Part shown: positions 1 through 11,314 of the stretch, piece by piece
Layout: the number at the start of each line of letters is the position of its first letter
How positions within the stretch are numbered: the first letter of the stretch is position 1
Origin: Xanthomonas campestris pv. campestris str. ATCC 33913
Lineage (GTDB): Bacteria; Pseudomonadota; Gammaproteobacteria; Xanthomonadales; Xanthomonadaceae
DNA length: 32,000 nt
Direction of reading: 5' to 3'
Assembly (NCBI RefSeq): GCF_000007145.1
Contig: NC_003902.1
Span: 1 to 32,000 of the forward strand
Notes under the pieces: model-generated
Told to the model about the DNA's origin: nothing
Database searches by the model: none
Seen by the model: only the letters and a program-made list of their open reading frames with translations
Position numbers and translations under genes: made by a program

Positions 1-41
1 TTTTCTGCGCGCCGCAGCCAGCAACAGATGATCACACTTTG

Positions 42-1370
42 ATGGATGCTTGGCCCCGCTGTCTGGAACGTCTCGAAGCTGAATTCCCGCCCGAGGATGT
101 CCACACCTGGTTGAAACCCCTGCAGGCCGAAGATCGCGGCGACAGCATCGTGCTGTACGCGCCGAACGCCTTCATTGTTGAGCAGGTCCGCGAGCGATAC
201 CTGCCGCGCATCCGCGAGTTGCTGGCATATTTCGCCGGCAATGGCGAGGTGGCGCTGGCGGTCGGCTCCCGTCCGCGTGCGCCGGAGCCGCTGCCGGCAC
301 CGCAAGCCGTCGCCAGTGCGCCGGCGGCCGCGCCGATCGTGCCCTTCGCCGGCAACCTGGATTCGCATTACACCTTTGCCAACTTCGTGGAAGGCCGCAG
401 CAACCAGCTCGGTCTGGCCGCGGCGATCCAGGCCGCGCAGAAGCCGGGCGACCGTGCACACAACCCGTTACTGCTGTACGGCAGCACCGGGCTGGGCAAG
501 ACCCACCTGATGTTCGCGGCCGGCAACGCGCTGCGCCAGGCCAATCCGGCGGCCAAGGTGATGTACCTGCGCTCGGAACAGTTCTTCAGCGCGATGATCC
601 GCGCGTTGCAGGACAAGGCAATGGACCAGTTCAAGCGCCAGTTCCAGCAGATCGATGCGCTGCTGATCGACGACATCCAGTTTTTTGCCGGCAAGGACCG
701 CACGCAGGAGGAGTTTTTCCACACCTTCAACGCGCTGTTCGACGGCCGCCAGCAGATCATCCTGACCTGCGACCGCTATCCGCGCGAAGTCGAGGGCCTG
801 GAGCCGCGGCTGAAGTCGCGCCTGGCCTGGGGCCTGTCGGTGGCGATCGACCCGCCGGATTTCGAGACGCGTGCGGCGATCGTGCTGGCCAAGGCGCGCG
901 AGCGCGGCGCCGAGATTCCCGACGACGTGGCGTTTCTGATCGCCAAGAAGATGCGCTCGAACGTGCGCGACCTGGAAGGGGCGCTCAACACGTTGGTGGC
1001 CCGCGCCAACTTCACTGGCCGCTCGATCACTGTGGAGTTTGCGCAGGAGACGCTGCGTGACCTGTTGCGTGCGCAGCAGCAGGCGATCGGCATTCCCAAC
1101 ATCCAGAAGACCGTGGCCGACTACTACGGCCTGCAGATGAAGGACCTGCTTTCCAAGCGCCGCACCCGCTCATTGGCGCGCCCGCGCCAGGTGGCGATGG
1201 CGCTCGCCAAGGAGTTGACCGAGCACAGCCTGCCGGAGATTGGCGATGCGTTTGCCGGCCGCGACCACACCACCGTGCTGCACGCCTGCCGGCAGATCCG
1301 CACGCTGATGGAGGCCGACGGCAAGCTGCGCGAGGACTGGGAAAAGCTGATTCGCAAGCTCAGCGAGTGA
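42..1370 (+). CDS. dnaA: chromosomal replication initiator protein DnaA
   Basis: ORF 39..1370, where 39 is TTG and the first ATG is at 42 ([15 protein letters not shown]...). AAA+ Walker [12 protein letters not shown]-terminal DnaA-box-binding domain ([11 protein letters not shown]). Classic dnaA-dnaN-recF-gyrB synteny. Confidence 0.98.
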   Translation: MDAWPRCLERLEAEFPPEDVHTWLKPLQAEDRGDSIVLYAPNAFIVEQVRERYLPRIRELLAYFAGNGEVALAVGSRPRAPEPLPAPQAVASAPAAAPIVPFAGNLDSHYTFANFVEGRSNQLGLAAAIQAAQKPGDRAHNPLLLYGSTGLGKTHLMFAAGNALRQANPAAKVMYLRSEQFFSAMIRALQDKAMDQFKRQFQQIDALLIDDIQFFAGKDRTQEEFFHTFNALFDGRQQIILTCDRYPREVEGLEPRLKSRLAWGLSVAIDPPDFETRAAIVLAKARERGAEIPDDVAFLIAKKMRSNVRDLEGALNTLVARANFTGRSITVEFAQETLRDLLRAQQQAIGIPNIQKTVADYYGLQMKDLLSKRRTRSLARPRQVAMALAKELTEHSLPEIGDAFAGRDHTTVLHACRQIRTLMEADGKLREDWEKLIRKLSE

Positions 1371-1439
1371 GCGTTTGGCGCCCTTCTCGCCCGTCTTGGA
1401 AAAAAGCGTGGATGAGTTGGGGCCAAATGCGGGAGAATC

Positions 1440-1448
1440 TGTGGATAA
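1440..1448 (-). promoter_or_regulatory. DnaA box (perfect TTATCCACA on minus strand)
   Basis: Plus strand reads TGTGGATAA, an exact reverse complement of the consensus. Confidence 0.8.
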
Positions 1449-1474
1449 ATGCGGCTGCAGCGTTGAGGCGAAAA

Positions 1475-1483
1475 CTATCCACA
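1475..1483 (+). promoter_or_regulatory. DnaA box (8/9, cTATCCACA)
   Basis: One mismatch to TTATCCACA. Forms an inverted pair with the box at 1440-1448 (26-nt spacer). Confidence 0.65.
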
Positions 1484-1645
1484 GGTTTTCCCACCGCTCC
1501 AGGGGCACTAGTCCATAGACTTTCAAGCTCAAAATAGTTCTTGGAAACAATACGTTAGTGTGGTTGTCCGCCAAAAACGGCCCTACCATCACCACCAAGC
1601 TTTTGATTTATTCCACATCTTTAAAGCATAGGGGCACGGAACCAC

Positions 1646-2746
1646 ATGCGTTTCACACTGCAGCGCGAAGCCTTCCTCAAGCCGTTGGCCCAGGTGGTCA
1701 ATGTCGTCGAACGGCGTCAGACATTGCCGGTACTGGCGAACTTGCTGGTGCAGGTGAACAACGGCCAGCTGTCGCTGACGGGGACCGACCTGGAAGTCGA
1801 AATGATCTCGCGCACCATGGTCGAGGACGCCCAGGACGGCGAAACCACGATCCCGGCGCGCAAGCTGTTCGACATCCTGCGGGCCCTGCCTGACGGCAGC
1901 CGCGTCACCGTCTCGCAGACCGGAGACAAGGTTACGGTGCAGGCCGGGCGCAGCCGCTTTACGCTCGCCACGCTACCGGCCAACGACTTCCCGTCGGTGG
2001 ACGAAGTCGAGGCCACCGAGCGTGTGGCGGTGCCGGAAGCCGGGCTGAAGGAGCTGATGGAGCGCACGGCGTTCGCGATGGCCCAGCAGGACGTGCGTTA
2101 TTACCTCAACGGCCTGCTGTTCGACCTGCGCGATGGCCTGCTGCGCTGCGTGGCGACCGATGGTCACCGCCTGGCGCTGTGCGAGACCGAGCTGGAAAAG
2201 TCCGGTAGCGCGAAGCGCCAGATCATCGTGCCGCGTAAGGGCGTCACCGAGCTGCTGCGCCTGCTGGAGGCGGCTGATCGCGATGTCGAGCTGGAGCTGG
2301 GCCGTAGCCATATCCGGGTCAAGCGCGGCGATGTCACCTTCACCTCGAAGCTGATCGACGGCCGTTTTCCGGATTACGAGGCGGTGATACCGATCGGCGC
2401 GGACCGTGAGGTCAAGGTGGACCGCGAGGCGCTGCGTGCGTCACTGCAGCGTGCGGCGATTCTGTCGAACGAAAAGTACCGCGGCGTTCGCGTCGAAGTA
2501 TCGCCGGGCCAGCTGAAGATCAGCGCGCACAACCCGGAGCAGGAAGAAGCGCAGGAAGAGATCGAGGCCGATACCAAGGTCGATGATCTGGCCATCGGCT
2601 TCAACGTGAACTATCTGCTGGATGCGCTCTCTGCACTGCGCGACGAGCATGTGGTGATCCAGCTGCGCGATGCCAATTCGTCGGCGCTGGTGCGTGAGGC
2701 GAGCAGCGAGAAGTCCCGCCACGTCGTGATGCCGTTGCGCCTCTGA
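1646..2746 (+). CDS. dnaN: DNA polymerase III beta sliding clamp
   Basis: 366 aa, MRFTLQREAFLKPL...VMPLRL. Typical beta-clamp N- and C-termini and the expected position after dnaA. Confidence 0.98.
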   Translation: MRFTLQREAFLKPLAQVVNVVERRQTLPVLANLLVQVNNGQLSLTGTDLEVEMISRTMVEDAQDGETTIPARKLFDILRALPDGSRVTVSQTGDKVTVQAGRSRFTLATLPANDFPSVDEVEATERVAVPEAGLKELMERTAFAMAQQDVRYYLNGLLFDLRDGLLRCVATDGHRLALCETELEKSGSAKRQIIVPRKGVTELLRLLEAADRDVELELGRSHIRVKRGDVTFTSKLIDGRFPDYEAVIPIGADREVKVDREALRASLQRAAILSNEKYRGVRVEVSPGQLKISAHNPEQEEAQEEIEADTKVDDLAIGFNVNYLLDALSALRDEHVVIQLRDANSSALVREASSEKSRHVVMPLRL

Positions 2747-2774
2747 CGCTGCGTTCCACGTGGAACACGAAGGG

Positions 2775-2798
2775 GCCCGGCTTACGCCGGGCTTTTTT
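2775..2798 (+). terminator. rho-independent terminator after dnaN
   Basis: Stem GCCCGGC (2775-2781) / GCCGGGC (2786-2792), loop TTAC, then T6 (2793-2798). Confidence 0.8.
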
Positions 2799-2829
2799 GT
2801 GGGCCAAGGAACATTGAGACAGATGGCTC

Positions 2830-3268
2830 GCTGCCATCGACGTGCCTGCCGGCGTACTCGGGGTTTCTCAAGCCAATGTGCCTTGGTTTGCGGTCTGAGA
2901 TGTCGTGAACGACCGTTGCTGCGAAGTCATGCGGATTGGCTGGGGCAGCGAGCTTCCGCGCACGCAGGATCGACTGATGACTGGTGTCCCGTGTCACGTG
3001 GCAATGGTGGGATATCGCGGGCTTGCTCTTGGCTGGCTCTGAAGACGTAAGAGCCATCACGAGCAATCAGGGAAGCGATTATCTGCTCTCTTCCAATCAT
3101 GGCTCGAAAGCACTCGTGGTCTCGTGGCTAGAACACGGCGGCTATCGGCACACGCTCTCTGCTTCGGGTCGGCCTGCTCCGTAGAAACCTGAGATCGTCA
3201 CTTGGTGAGGGAACATCATAAACACAGGGAACCAGGGTGCGAACAAGAGACTAGGTCTTCTGCAAAAG
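2830..3268 (-). pseudogene. possible decayed, inverted partial copy of the 5' third of dnaN
   Basis: One minus-strand frame, interrupted by 2 stops, gives landmarks collinear with DnaN. LQK (3265-3257) vs LQR aa5-7. RERVPIAAVF* (to 3128) vs ERRQTLPVLANLL aa22-34. AMIGR (3103-3089) vs EMISR aa52-56. LIARDGSYVFRASQ (3070-3029) vs LRALPDGSRVTVSQ aa78-91. QAR vs QAGR. LPRDTGHQSSVD (3004-2969) vs LPANDFPSVD aa110-119. Weaker matches continue in another frame to about 2830. Similarity is weak and judged by eye. Confidence 0.35.
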
Positions 3269-3327
3269 AGTTTCGTGCGATTAGAGCACGGCTTCGGAAG
3301 GTACTTTTGAGTTATGCACAACGTTCA

Positions 3328-3517
3328 AAGCTTTTAAATCTAGATAAATCTTAAAGGCTGGGTGGTGATGGTAGGGCCAGATTTCTCCGAAAAGTAGGTT
3401 AAGCATATGTTCTTAAACACTTTTGTGGCCTTGAAACCCTGTGTCTAGACCCGCTCAAACGCCCTGATTACCTGTGGATAAGCGAAACGGCCGCCATGGG
3501 CATTGAAACTGTCCACA
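3328..3517 (-). repeat. right arm of the inverted oriC-like module pair (partner 1440-1630)
   Basis: Contains perfect DnaA box TGTGGATAA (3473-3481), a 7/9 box cTgTCCACA (3509-3517) 27 nt away, the exact 18-mer GGTGGTGATGGTAGGGCC (3361-3378, reverse complement of 1579-1596) and an AT-rich tract (3328-3360). About 30-45% GC by hand count over 3301-3420. Confidence 0.7.
3473..3481 (-). promoter_or_regulatory. DnaA box (perfect) upstream of recF
   Basis: Plus strand TGTGGATAA, 152 nt upstream of the recF ATG. Confidence 0.7.
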
Positions 3518-3632
3518 ACTTGTCCCCAGTTTGTCGCCGCGTGACGGAAACGTTTGCCGCAGCATGTCCACTGCCGATCACGTATGCTCCGCCCCGTCCG
3601 ATGCCGGACTTCAAGGCCAAGCAGACCGATCG

Positions 3633-7297
<3,665 letters not shown>

Positions 7298-7310
7298 TCC
7301 GCCGCCTGCA

Positions 7311-7339
7311 CCGCCGCATCGCCACGCGCGATGTGGCGG
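7311..7339 (+). terminator. GC-rich hairpin after gyrB (no U-tract)
   Basis: 12-bp stem CCGCCGCATCGC / GCGATGTGGCGG (one G-U pair), loop CACGC, starting 14 nt after the gyrB stop. No T-run follows, so terminator function is uncertain. Confidence 0.3.
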
Positions 7340-7358
7340 TGTGCGCCGCCCTGCAGGG

Positions 7359-8201
7359 ATGACGATGAGCGCAGTTCTTCCGCCTTCCCCGGCGCCGGTG
7401 TCGGTGCCCGGTCCACCGTCACTGCGGTCCGCCGTGCTCGGTTTCTGCATCGATCTGCTGATTGCCATCGGCCTGTTGCTGCTGTTGAGCGTGGCCGGCT
7501 TTGCGGTGTGGGGCTTTCTGCGCAGCATGGGCGAGGTGCAGGCCGTGCGTGCGCAGGGCGGCAGCCCCTCCCCGGCCGCGATCATGGCCGCCATCGGCCA
7601 ACCGGGCGTCATGGTGCAGCTGCTGATCGCGTTGGTCAGCACGGCGACTCCGGCGGTGCTGCTGTACGTCTGGCGTCGCCGTGCCACGCCCGCCGAACAG
7701 GCCACGTCGCGTGCCGCGATCCGGCGCCGGTCGACCTGGGGCTGGATTGCGGCCGTGGCCGCCGGCGTATTCATGCTCAGCAATCTGGTCAGCGTTCTGG
7801 CCTCGGCGCTGGGCATCAAGCCGGTGCCGACCAACCTGCCGCTGATGGAAGAAGCCATCAAGCAATGGCCGCTGGCGCTGGTCGTCTTTGCAGTCGCCAT
7901 TGCGCCTGCCTACGAAGAACTGCTGTTCCGGCGCGTGTTGTTCGGGCGTCTGCTGGCGGCCGGGCGGCCGTGGCTGGGCGTGGTGCTCAGCAGCCTGACC
8001 TTCGCCCTGGTGCATGAAGTGCCCGGCATCAGCGGCAATGGCGTGGTTGCCATCGCCCAACTGTGGCTGGTCTACGGCGGCATGGGCGCGGCGTTTGCAT
8101 GGCTGTATTGGCGCACCGGCACGCTGTGGGCGCCGATCCTGGCGCATGGCATCAACAACGCGACCGCCCTGGCAGCCCTGTACTTTTTTGGTCTCGGCTG
8201 A
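7359..8201 (+). CDS. CPBP-family (CAAX/Abi) intramembrane glutamic endopeptidase
   Basis: ORF 7341..8201 (GTG); in-frame ATGs at 7359 and 7365, so the start is uncertain. Multiple TM helices and the CPBP motifs EELLFRR, FALVHE and HGINN. Confidence 0.85.
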   Translation: MTMSAVLPPSPAPVSVPGPPSLRSAVLGFCIDLLIAIGLLLLLSVAGFAVWGFLRSMGEVQAVRAQGGSPSPAAIMAAIGQPGVMVQLLIALVSTATPAVLLYVWRRRATPAEQATSRAAIRRRSTWGWIAAVAAGVFMLSNLVSVLASALGIKPVPTNLPLMEEAIKQWPLALVVFAVAIAPAYEELLFRRVLFGRLLAAGRPWLGVVLSSLTFALVHEVPGISGNGVVAIAQLWLVYGGMGAAFAWLYWRTGTLWAPILAHGINNATALAALYFFGLG

Positions 8202-8263
8202 CCCGCTTGACGAAAAGTTAAGACGACCCTGCCAAAATGCCCACAGGGTTCAAGGGGGATTGA

Positions 8264-9070
8264 ATGAAAGCCAGGTTGTTGATCGTTGTTGCCGTCCTCG
8301 CGTTGACGGCGTGCGCCACCACTACTTCGCCAACCGGCCGCCGTCAGGTGGTAGGCGGCGTGACGCAAGACCAGCTCGACAAGCTTGGCGCGGAGTCCTT
8401 TGCGCAGACCAAGGCCAAGGAAAAGGTCAGCACCGACGGCAAGCAAAACGCTTACGTGCAGTGCGTGGTCAACGCCCTGGTCGCACAGCTGCCGCCGCAA
8501 TGGCGCGAGACTCGTTGGGAGACCGCGCTGTTTGTCGACGACGAAGCCAATGCCTTCGCCCTGCCCGGTGGCAAGGTCGGTGTGAACACCGGCATCTTCA
8601 CCGTGGCCAAGACCCAGGATCAGCTGGCCGCCGTGCTCGGGCATGAAATCGGGCACGTAATCTCGCGCCACCACGAAGAACGCATCACCCGCCAGCTCGG
8701 CGCCCAGACCGGCCTGGGCATTATCGGCGCGCTGGCCGGCGCGGCCTACGGCGATGGTGCCGCCAGTGCGGTGAACCAGGTCGGCGGCATGACCGCGCAA
8801 ACCGTGTTCCTGCTGCCCGGCTCACGCACCCAGGAAAGCGAGGCCGACGTGGTGGGCCAGCGTCTGATGGCGCAAGCCGGCTTCGACCCGGCCCAGGCGG
8901 TGAGCCTGTGGCAGAACATGATGGCCGCCAGCGGTAACCGTCAGCCGCAGTGGTTGTCCACCCACCCGGATCCGGCCAACCGCATCCGTGAGCTGCAGGC
9001 CGACGTCAATGCCCTGCAACCGGTATATCAGCAGGCCCGACAGGACGGTCGAGTGCCCCGTTGTGGGTAA
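8264..9070 (+). CDS. M48-family zinc metalloprotease, lipoprotein
   Basis: 268 aa. Signal peptide with lipobox LALTAC. HEIGH (HExxH) zinc motif. SD AAGGGGGA precedes the ATG. Confidence 0.88.
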   Translation: MKARLLIVVAVLALTACATTTSPTGRRQVVGGVTQDQLDKLGAESFAQTKAKEKVSTDGKQNAYVQCVVNALVAQLPPQWRETRWETALFVDDEANAFALPGGKVGVNTGIFTVAKTQDQLAAVLGHEIGHVISRHHEERITRQLGAQTGLGIIGALAGAAYGDGAASAVNQVGGMTAQTVFLLPGSRTQESEADVVGQRLMAQAGFDPAQAVSLWQNMMAASGNRQPQWLSTHPDPANRIRELQADVNALQPVYQQARQDGRVPRCG

Positions 9071-9208
9071 TGGCGCCGATGCTGCACCACAGCACGGAAA
9101 CCGTTTTCGGGAACTGAGACTTTCTGCTAAGTTTGCCGGCTCAGAATTTTCGTACAGCTTCCATTCCGCTTTTCGTACCGCCCAACGGCGGCTCGTCCGA
9201 GGTGAATC

Positions 9209-10405
9209 ATGAAACTGCTCAACCGCAAGCACGCCCTGTTGTCCCTGATCATCGCCGCATCGTTGGGCGGGGCTGTCGTTACCGATGCGGTCGCGCAGTC
9301 GGACCGCTCGACCGAGCGGGCCAACCGCAAGTCCAAGAACAGCGGCAAGGCCGAAGAGCTGTACCCGCAGTCCACCCGCACCGCGCCGACCATCAAGCCG
9401 TCGTCCAAGCTGGGCAGCAAGCTGCAGAAGCTGATCGAAACCTTCAACAAGGGCGAGGATTTCCCTGCGGTGCGGGCACAGGCCGACGAGATCCTGGCCA
9501 ACAGCGCTGCCAACGAAGCCGACAAGGCTCTGGCCGGCCAGCTGGCCGCCCAGGCGGCGTACAACATGGACGACACCGCCGCTGCCAAGACCTATCTGCA
9601 GCAGGCCATCGCCCTGAACGCGCTGGACAACAACGGCCAGTTCCAGTCGATGCTGATGCTGGCGCAGCTGCAGTTGCAGGATGACCAGCAGGCCGAAGGT
9701 CTGGCCACGCTGGACAAGTACCTGGACGAGAGCAAGTCGCAGCGCCCGGAAGATCTGATCCTCAAGGGCCAGGCGCTGTACCAGGCCGAGCGCTACAAGG
9801 AAGCCATTCCGGTGCTCAAGCAGGCCATCGCCGCCTCGCCCGAACCCAAGGACACGTGGAACCAGCTGCTGATGGCGTCCTACGCCGAAGCCGGCCAGAC
9901 CGGTGAAGCCGTGGCCGCCGCCGAAGCGCTGGCCGCCAAGACGCCCAACGACAAGAAGGCCCAGCTCAATCTGGCCAGCATGTACATGCAGGCCGACCAG
10001 ATGGACAAGGCGGCCGGGGTGATGGACAAGCTGCGCGCCTCCGGTCAGCTGACCGAAGAGAAGGAATACAAGCAGCTGTACTCGATCTACGCCAACACCG
10101 AGAACAAGGAAAAGGACGTCATCGCCGTCATCACCGAGGGCATGCAGAAGGGCATTCTCAAGCCTGACTACCAGACCTACCTCGCGTTGGCGCAGTCGTA
10201 CTACTACAGCGAAGACGTGCCGAAGGCGATCGAGAATTGGCAGAAGGCCGCCCCCCTCTCCAAGGACGGTGAGACCTATCTGAATCTGGCCAAGGTGCTG
10301 CATTCGGAAGGACGCATCCCCGAGGCCAAGCAGGCCGCACAGCAGGCGATCGCCAAGGGTGTTAAAAAACCCGAAGACGCCAAGAAGATCATCAATCTGA
10401 AGTAA
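9209..10405 (+). CDS. periplasmic tetratricopeptide-repeat (TPR) protein
   Basis: 398 aa with an N-terminal signal peptide (..GGAVVTDAVAQ). Repeated Ala/Tyr/Leu-rich helical pairs typical of TPR (e.g. QALYQAERYKEAIPVLKQAI). SD GAGGTG. Confidence 0.8.
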   Translation: MKLLNRKHALLSLIIAASLGGAVVTDAVAQSDRSTERANRKSKNSGKAEELYPQSTRTAPTIKPSSKLGSKLQKLIETFNKGEDFPAVRAQADEILANSAANEADKALAGQLAAQAAYNMDDTAAAKTYLQQAIALNALDNNGQFQSMLMLAQLQLQDDQQAEGLATLDKYLDESKSQRPEDLILKGQALYQAERYKEAIPVLKQAIAASPEPKDTWNQLLMASYAEAGQTGEAVAAAEALAAKTPNDKKAQLNLASMYMQADQMDKAAGVMDKLRASGQLTEEKEYKQLYSIYANTENKEKDVIAVITEGMQKGILKPDYQTYLALAQSYYYSEDVPKAIENWQKAAPLSKDGETYLNLAKVLHSEGRIPEAKQAAQQAIAKGVKKPEDAKKIINLK

Positions 10406-10462
10406 AAAAAGAAAATAAACCCCCGAAATCCCTGTGTTTTTAGTGGTTACAGGACTCGGGAT

Positions 10463-10471
10463 TGGTATAAG
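10463..10471 (+). promoter_or_regulatory. candidate extended -10 element upstream of tonB (TGGTATAAG)
   Basis: TGnTATAAg lies 88 nt upstream of the tonB ATG in an AT-richer gap. Same TGGTATAA core as the gyrB candidate. Confidence 0.3.
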
Positions 10472-10512
10472 CTTGGGAGTTCCTGCGGTGTCAAAGCCGT
10501 CCGAAAACCTGG

Positions 10513-10530
10513 GGATCATCACAGTGATCC
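10513..10530. promoter_or_regulatory. palindrome GGATCA-N6-TGATCC between candidate promoter and tonB start (possible operator)
   Basis: 6-bp inverted repeat with a 6-nt spacer, 29 nt upstream of the tonB ATG. Only weak resemblance to a Fur box. Confidence 0.25.
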
Positions 10531-10558
10531 GGGCCCCCACTGAAAGAGCCATTGGCGC

Positions 10559-11230
10559 ATGACGGAACAACTCGTTATCCACAGGCATGACTATGATGCC
10601 GGGAACCAGGGTCTGAGCTGGGCCCGCATTATCGGCATTGCTTTCGTAATTGCCCTGCACCTTACTGCATTGATGATGTTGCTGATCCCTGCAGTAGCGC
10701 CGAAGGCTCCGGCCGAGAAGGAGCGCACCACCATGGTCACCTTGGTGGATGCACCGCCTCCTCCCCCGCCGCCGCCGCCGCCGCCGCCGCCGGAAGACAA
10801 GCCGCCACCGCCGGTCAAGAATCTGTCGCCGCCGAAGCCGTCACCGGTTCCGCCGCCGCCGGAAGCTCCGGTGGTCGACGTTCCCGAACCGCGTCCGAGC
10901 GATATCGTCACGCCGCCGAGCCCGCCAGCTCCGCCGGCTCCACCGAGTGACATCGGTGCCAGCGTCGATATCTCGTCCAAGAACATGAACCCACCGAAGT
11001 ACCCGCCGGCCGCATTCCGTGCCGGTGTCCAAGGTGAGGTCATCCTGATCGTGGATGTGGATGCCAACGGCAACGTGACCAATGTGTCGGTCGAAAAGTC
11101 CAGCCGCAACCGCGACCTTGACCGTGCCGCGATGGACGCAGCACGCAAGTGGAAGTTCAACGCCTCCACTGTCAATGGGCAGAAAGCCGCCGGCCGCGTC
11201 CGCGTCCCGGTCAACTTTGCTCTGAACTGA
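10559..11230 (+). CDS. tonB: energy transducer TonB
   Basis: 223 aa. N-terminal TM anchor, long Pro-rich spacer, C-terminal TonB domain (PKYPPAAFRAGVQGEV...RVPVNF). Confidence 0.92.
   Translation: MTEQLVIHRHDYDAGNQGLSWARIIGIAFVIALHLTALMMLLIPAVAPKAPAEKERTTMVTLVDAPPPPPPPPPPPPPEDKPPPPVKNLSPPKPSPVPPPPEAPVVDVPEPRPSDIVTPPSPPAPPAPPSDIGASVDISSKNMNPPKYPPAAFRAGVQGEVILIVDVDANGNVTNVSVEKSSRNRDLDRAAMDAARKWKFNASTVNGQKAAGRVRVPVNFALN
10766..10792 (+). repeat. (CCG)9 trinucleotide microsatellite inside tonB
   Basis: Nine perfect in-frame CCG codons, part of a run of about 13 prolines. Confidence 0.95.
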
Positions 11231-11236
11231 TCCACG

Positions 11237-11254
11237 GGCCGGCTGCGGCCGGCC
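11237..11254 (+). other. GC-only hairpin between tonB and exbB
   Basis: Stem GGCCGGC / GCCGGCC, loop TGCG, 7 nt after the tonB stop with no immediate T-run. Possibly an intra-operon attenuator or RNA-stability element. Confidence 0.3.
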
Positions 11255-11314
11255 TAGGATCCTGTCTTCCTTTCGCTCCACCCTTCATCACCACACACAA
11301 CAAAGGTAAGCGTC

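Larger units (their letters stand above)
1440..1630 (+). repeat. left arm of an inverted oriC-like module pair (partner 3328-3517)
   Basis: Hand alignment to the reverse complement of 3328-3517. Shared DnaA-box pair, about 95 nt of ~60% identical spacer with about 1 nt net indel, an exact 18-mer (1579-1596 GGCCCTACCATCACCACC), then a related AT-rich tract. Confidence 0.7.
1371..1645. other. oriC candidate (dnaA-dnaN intergenic region)
   Basis: 275-bp non-coding gap. Perfect DnaA box TGTGGATAA at 1440-1448, one-mismatch box cTATCCACA at 1475-1483, and degenerate boxes at 1407-1415 and 1609-1617. Several AT tracts, e.g. 1597-1630 AAGCTTTTGATTTATTCCACATCTTTAAAGCATA. In Xanthomonas campestris oriC has been mapped to the dnaA-dnaN intergenic region (established knowledge). 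Confidence 0.8.

Noticed and set aside
2760-3184. Three overlapping small ORFs (96, 94 and 66 aa) plus a 57-aa minus-strand ORF (3100-2927) in the dnaN-recF spacer, considered as real genes or a toxin-antitoxin pair
   Set aside because: No SDs, mutually overlapping frames, atypical codon usage and no recognisable TA or other motifs. They are better explained as fragments of a decayed dnaN-like sequence (see findings).
2747-3632. Low-GC spacers (also 12960-14112, 18884-19512, 23102-24035) considered as horizontally acquired islands or IS/MITE insertions
   Set aside because: No transposase or integrase, no terminal inverted repeats or target-site duplications that I could find, and no adjacent tRNA. 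The first spacer is better explained as an internal duplication of origin sequence.
10575-10583. Perfect DnaA box TTATCCACA inside the 5' end of tonB
   Set aside because: A single isolated box within coding sequence (codons for VIHR), with no partner boxes or AT-rich tract. It could be chance or a minor titration site. It cannot be evaluated from sequence alone.
8822-10660. 612-aa minus-strand ORF
   Set aside because: Antisense shadow of the M48 and TPR genes. Low-complexity Leu/Gly/Arg/Gln-rich translation with no SD or domain signature.
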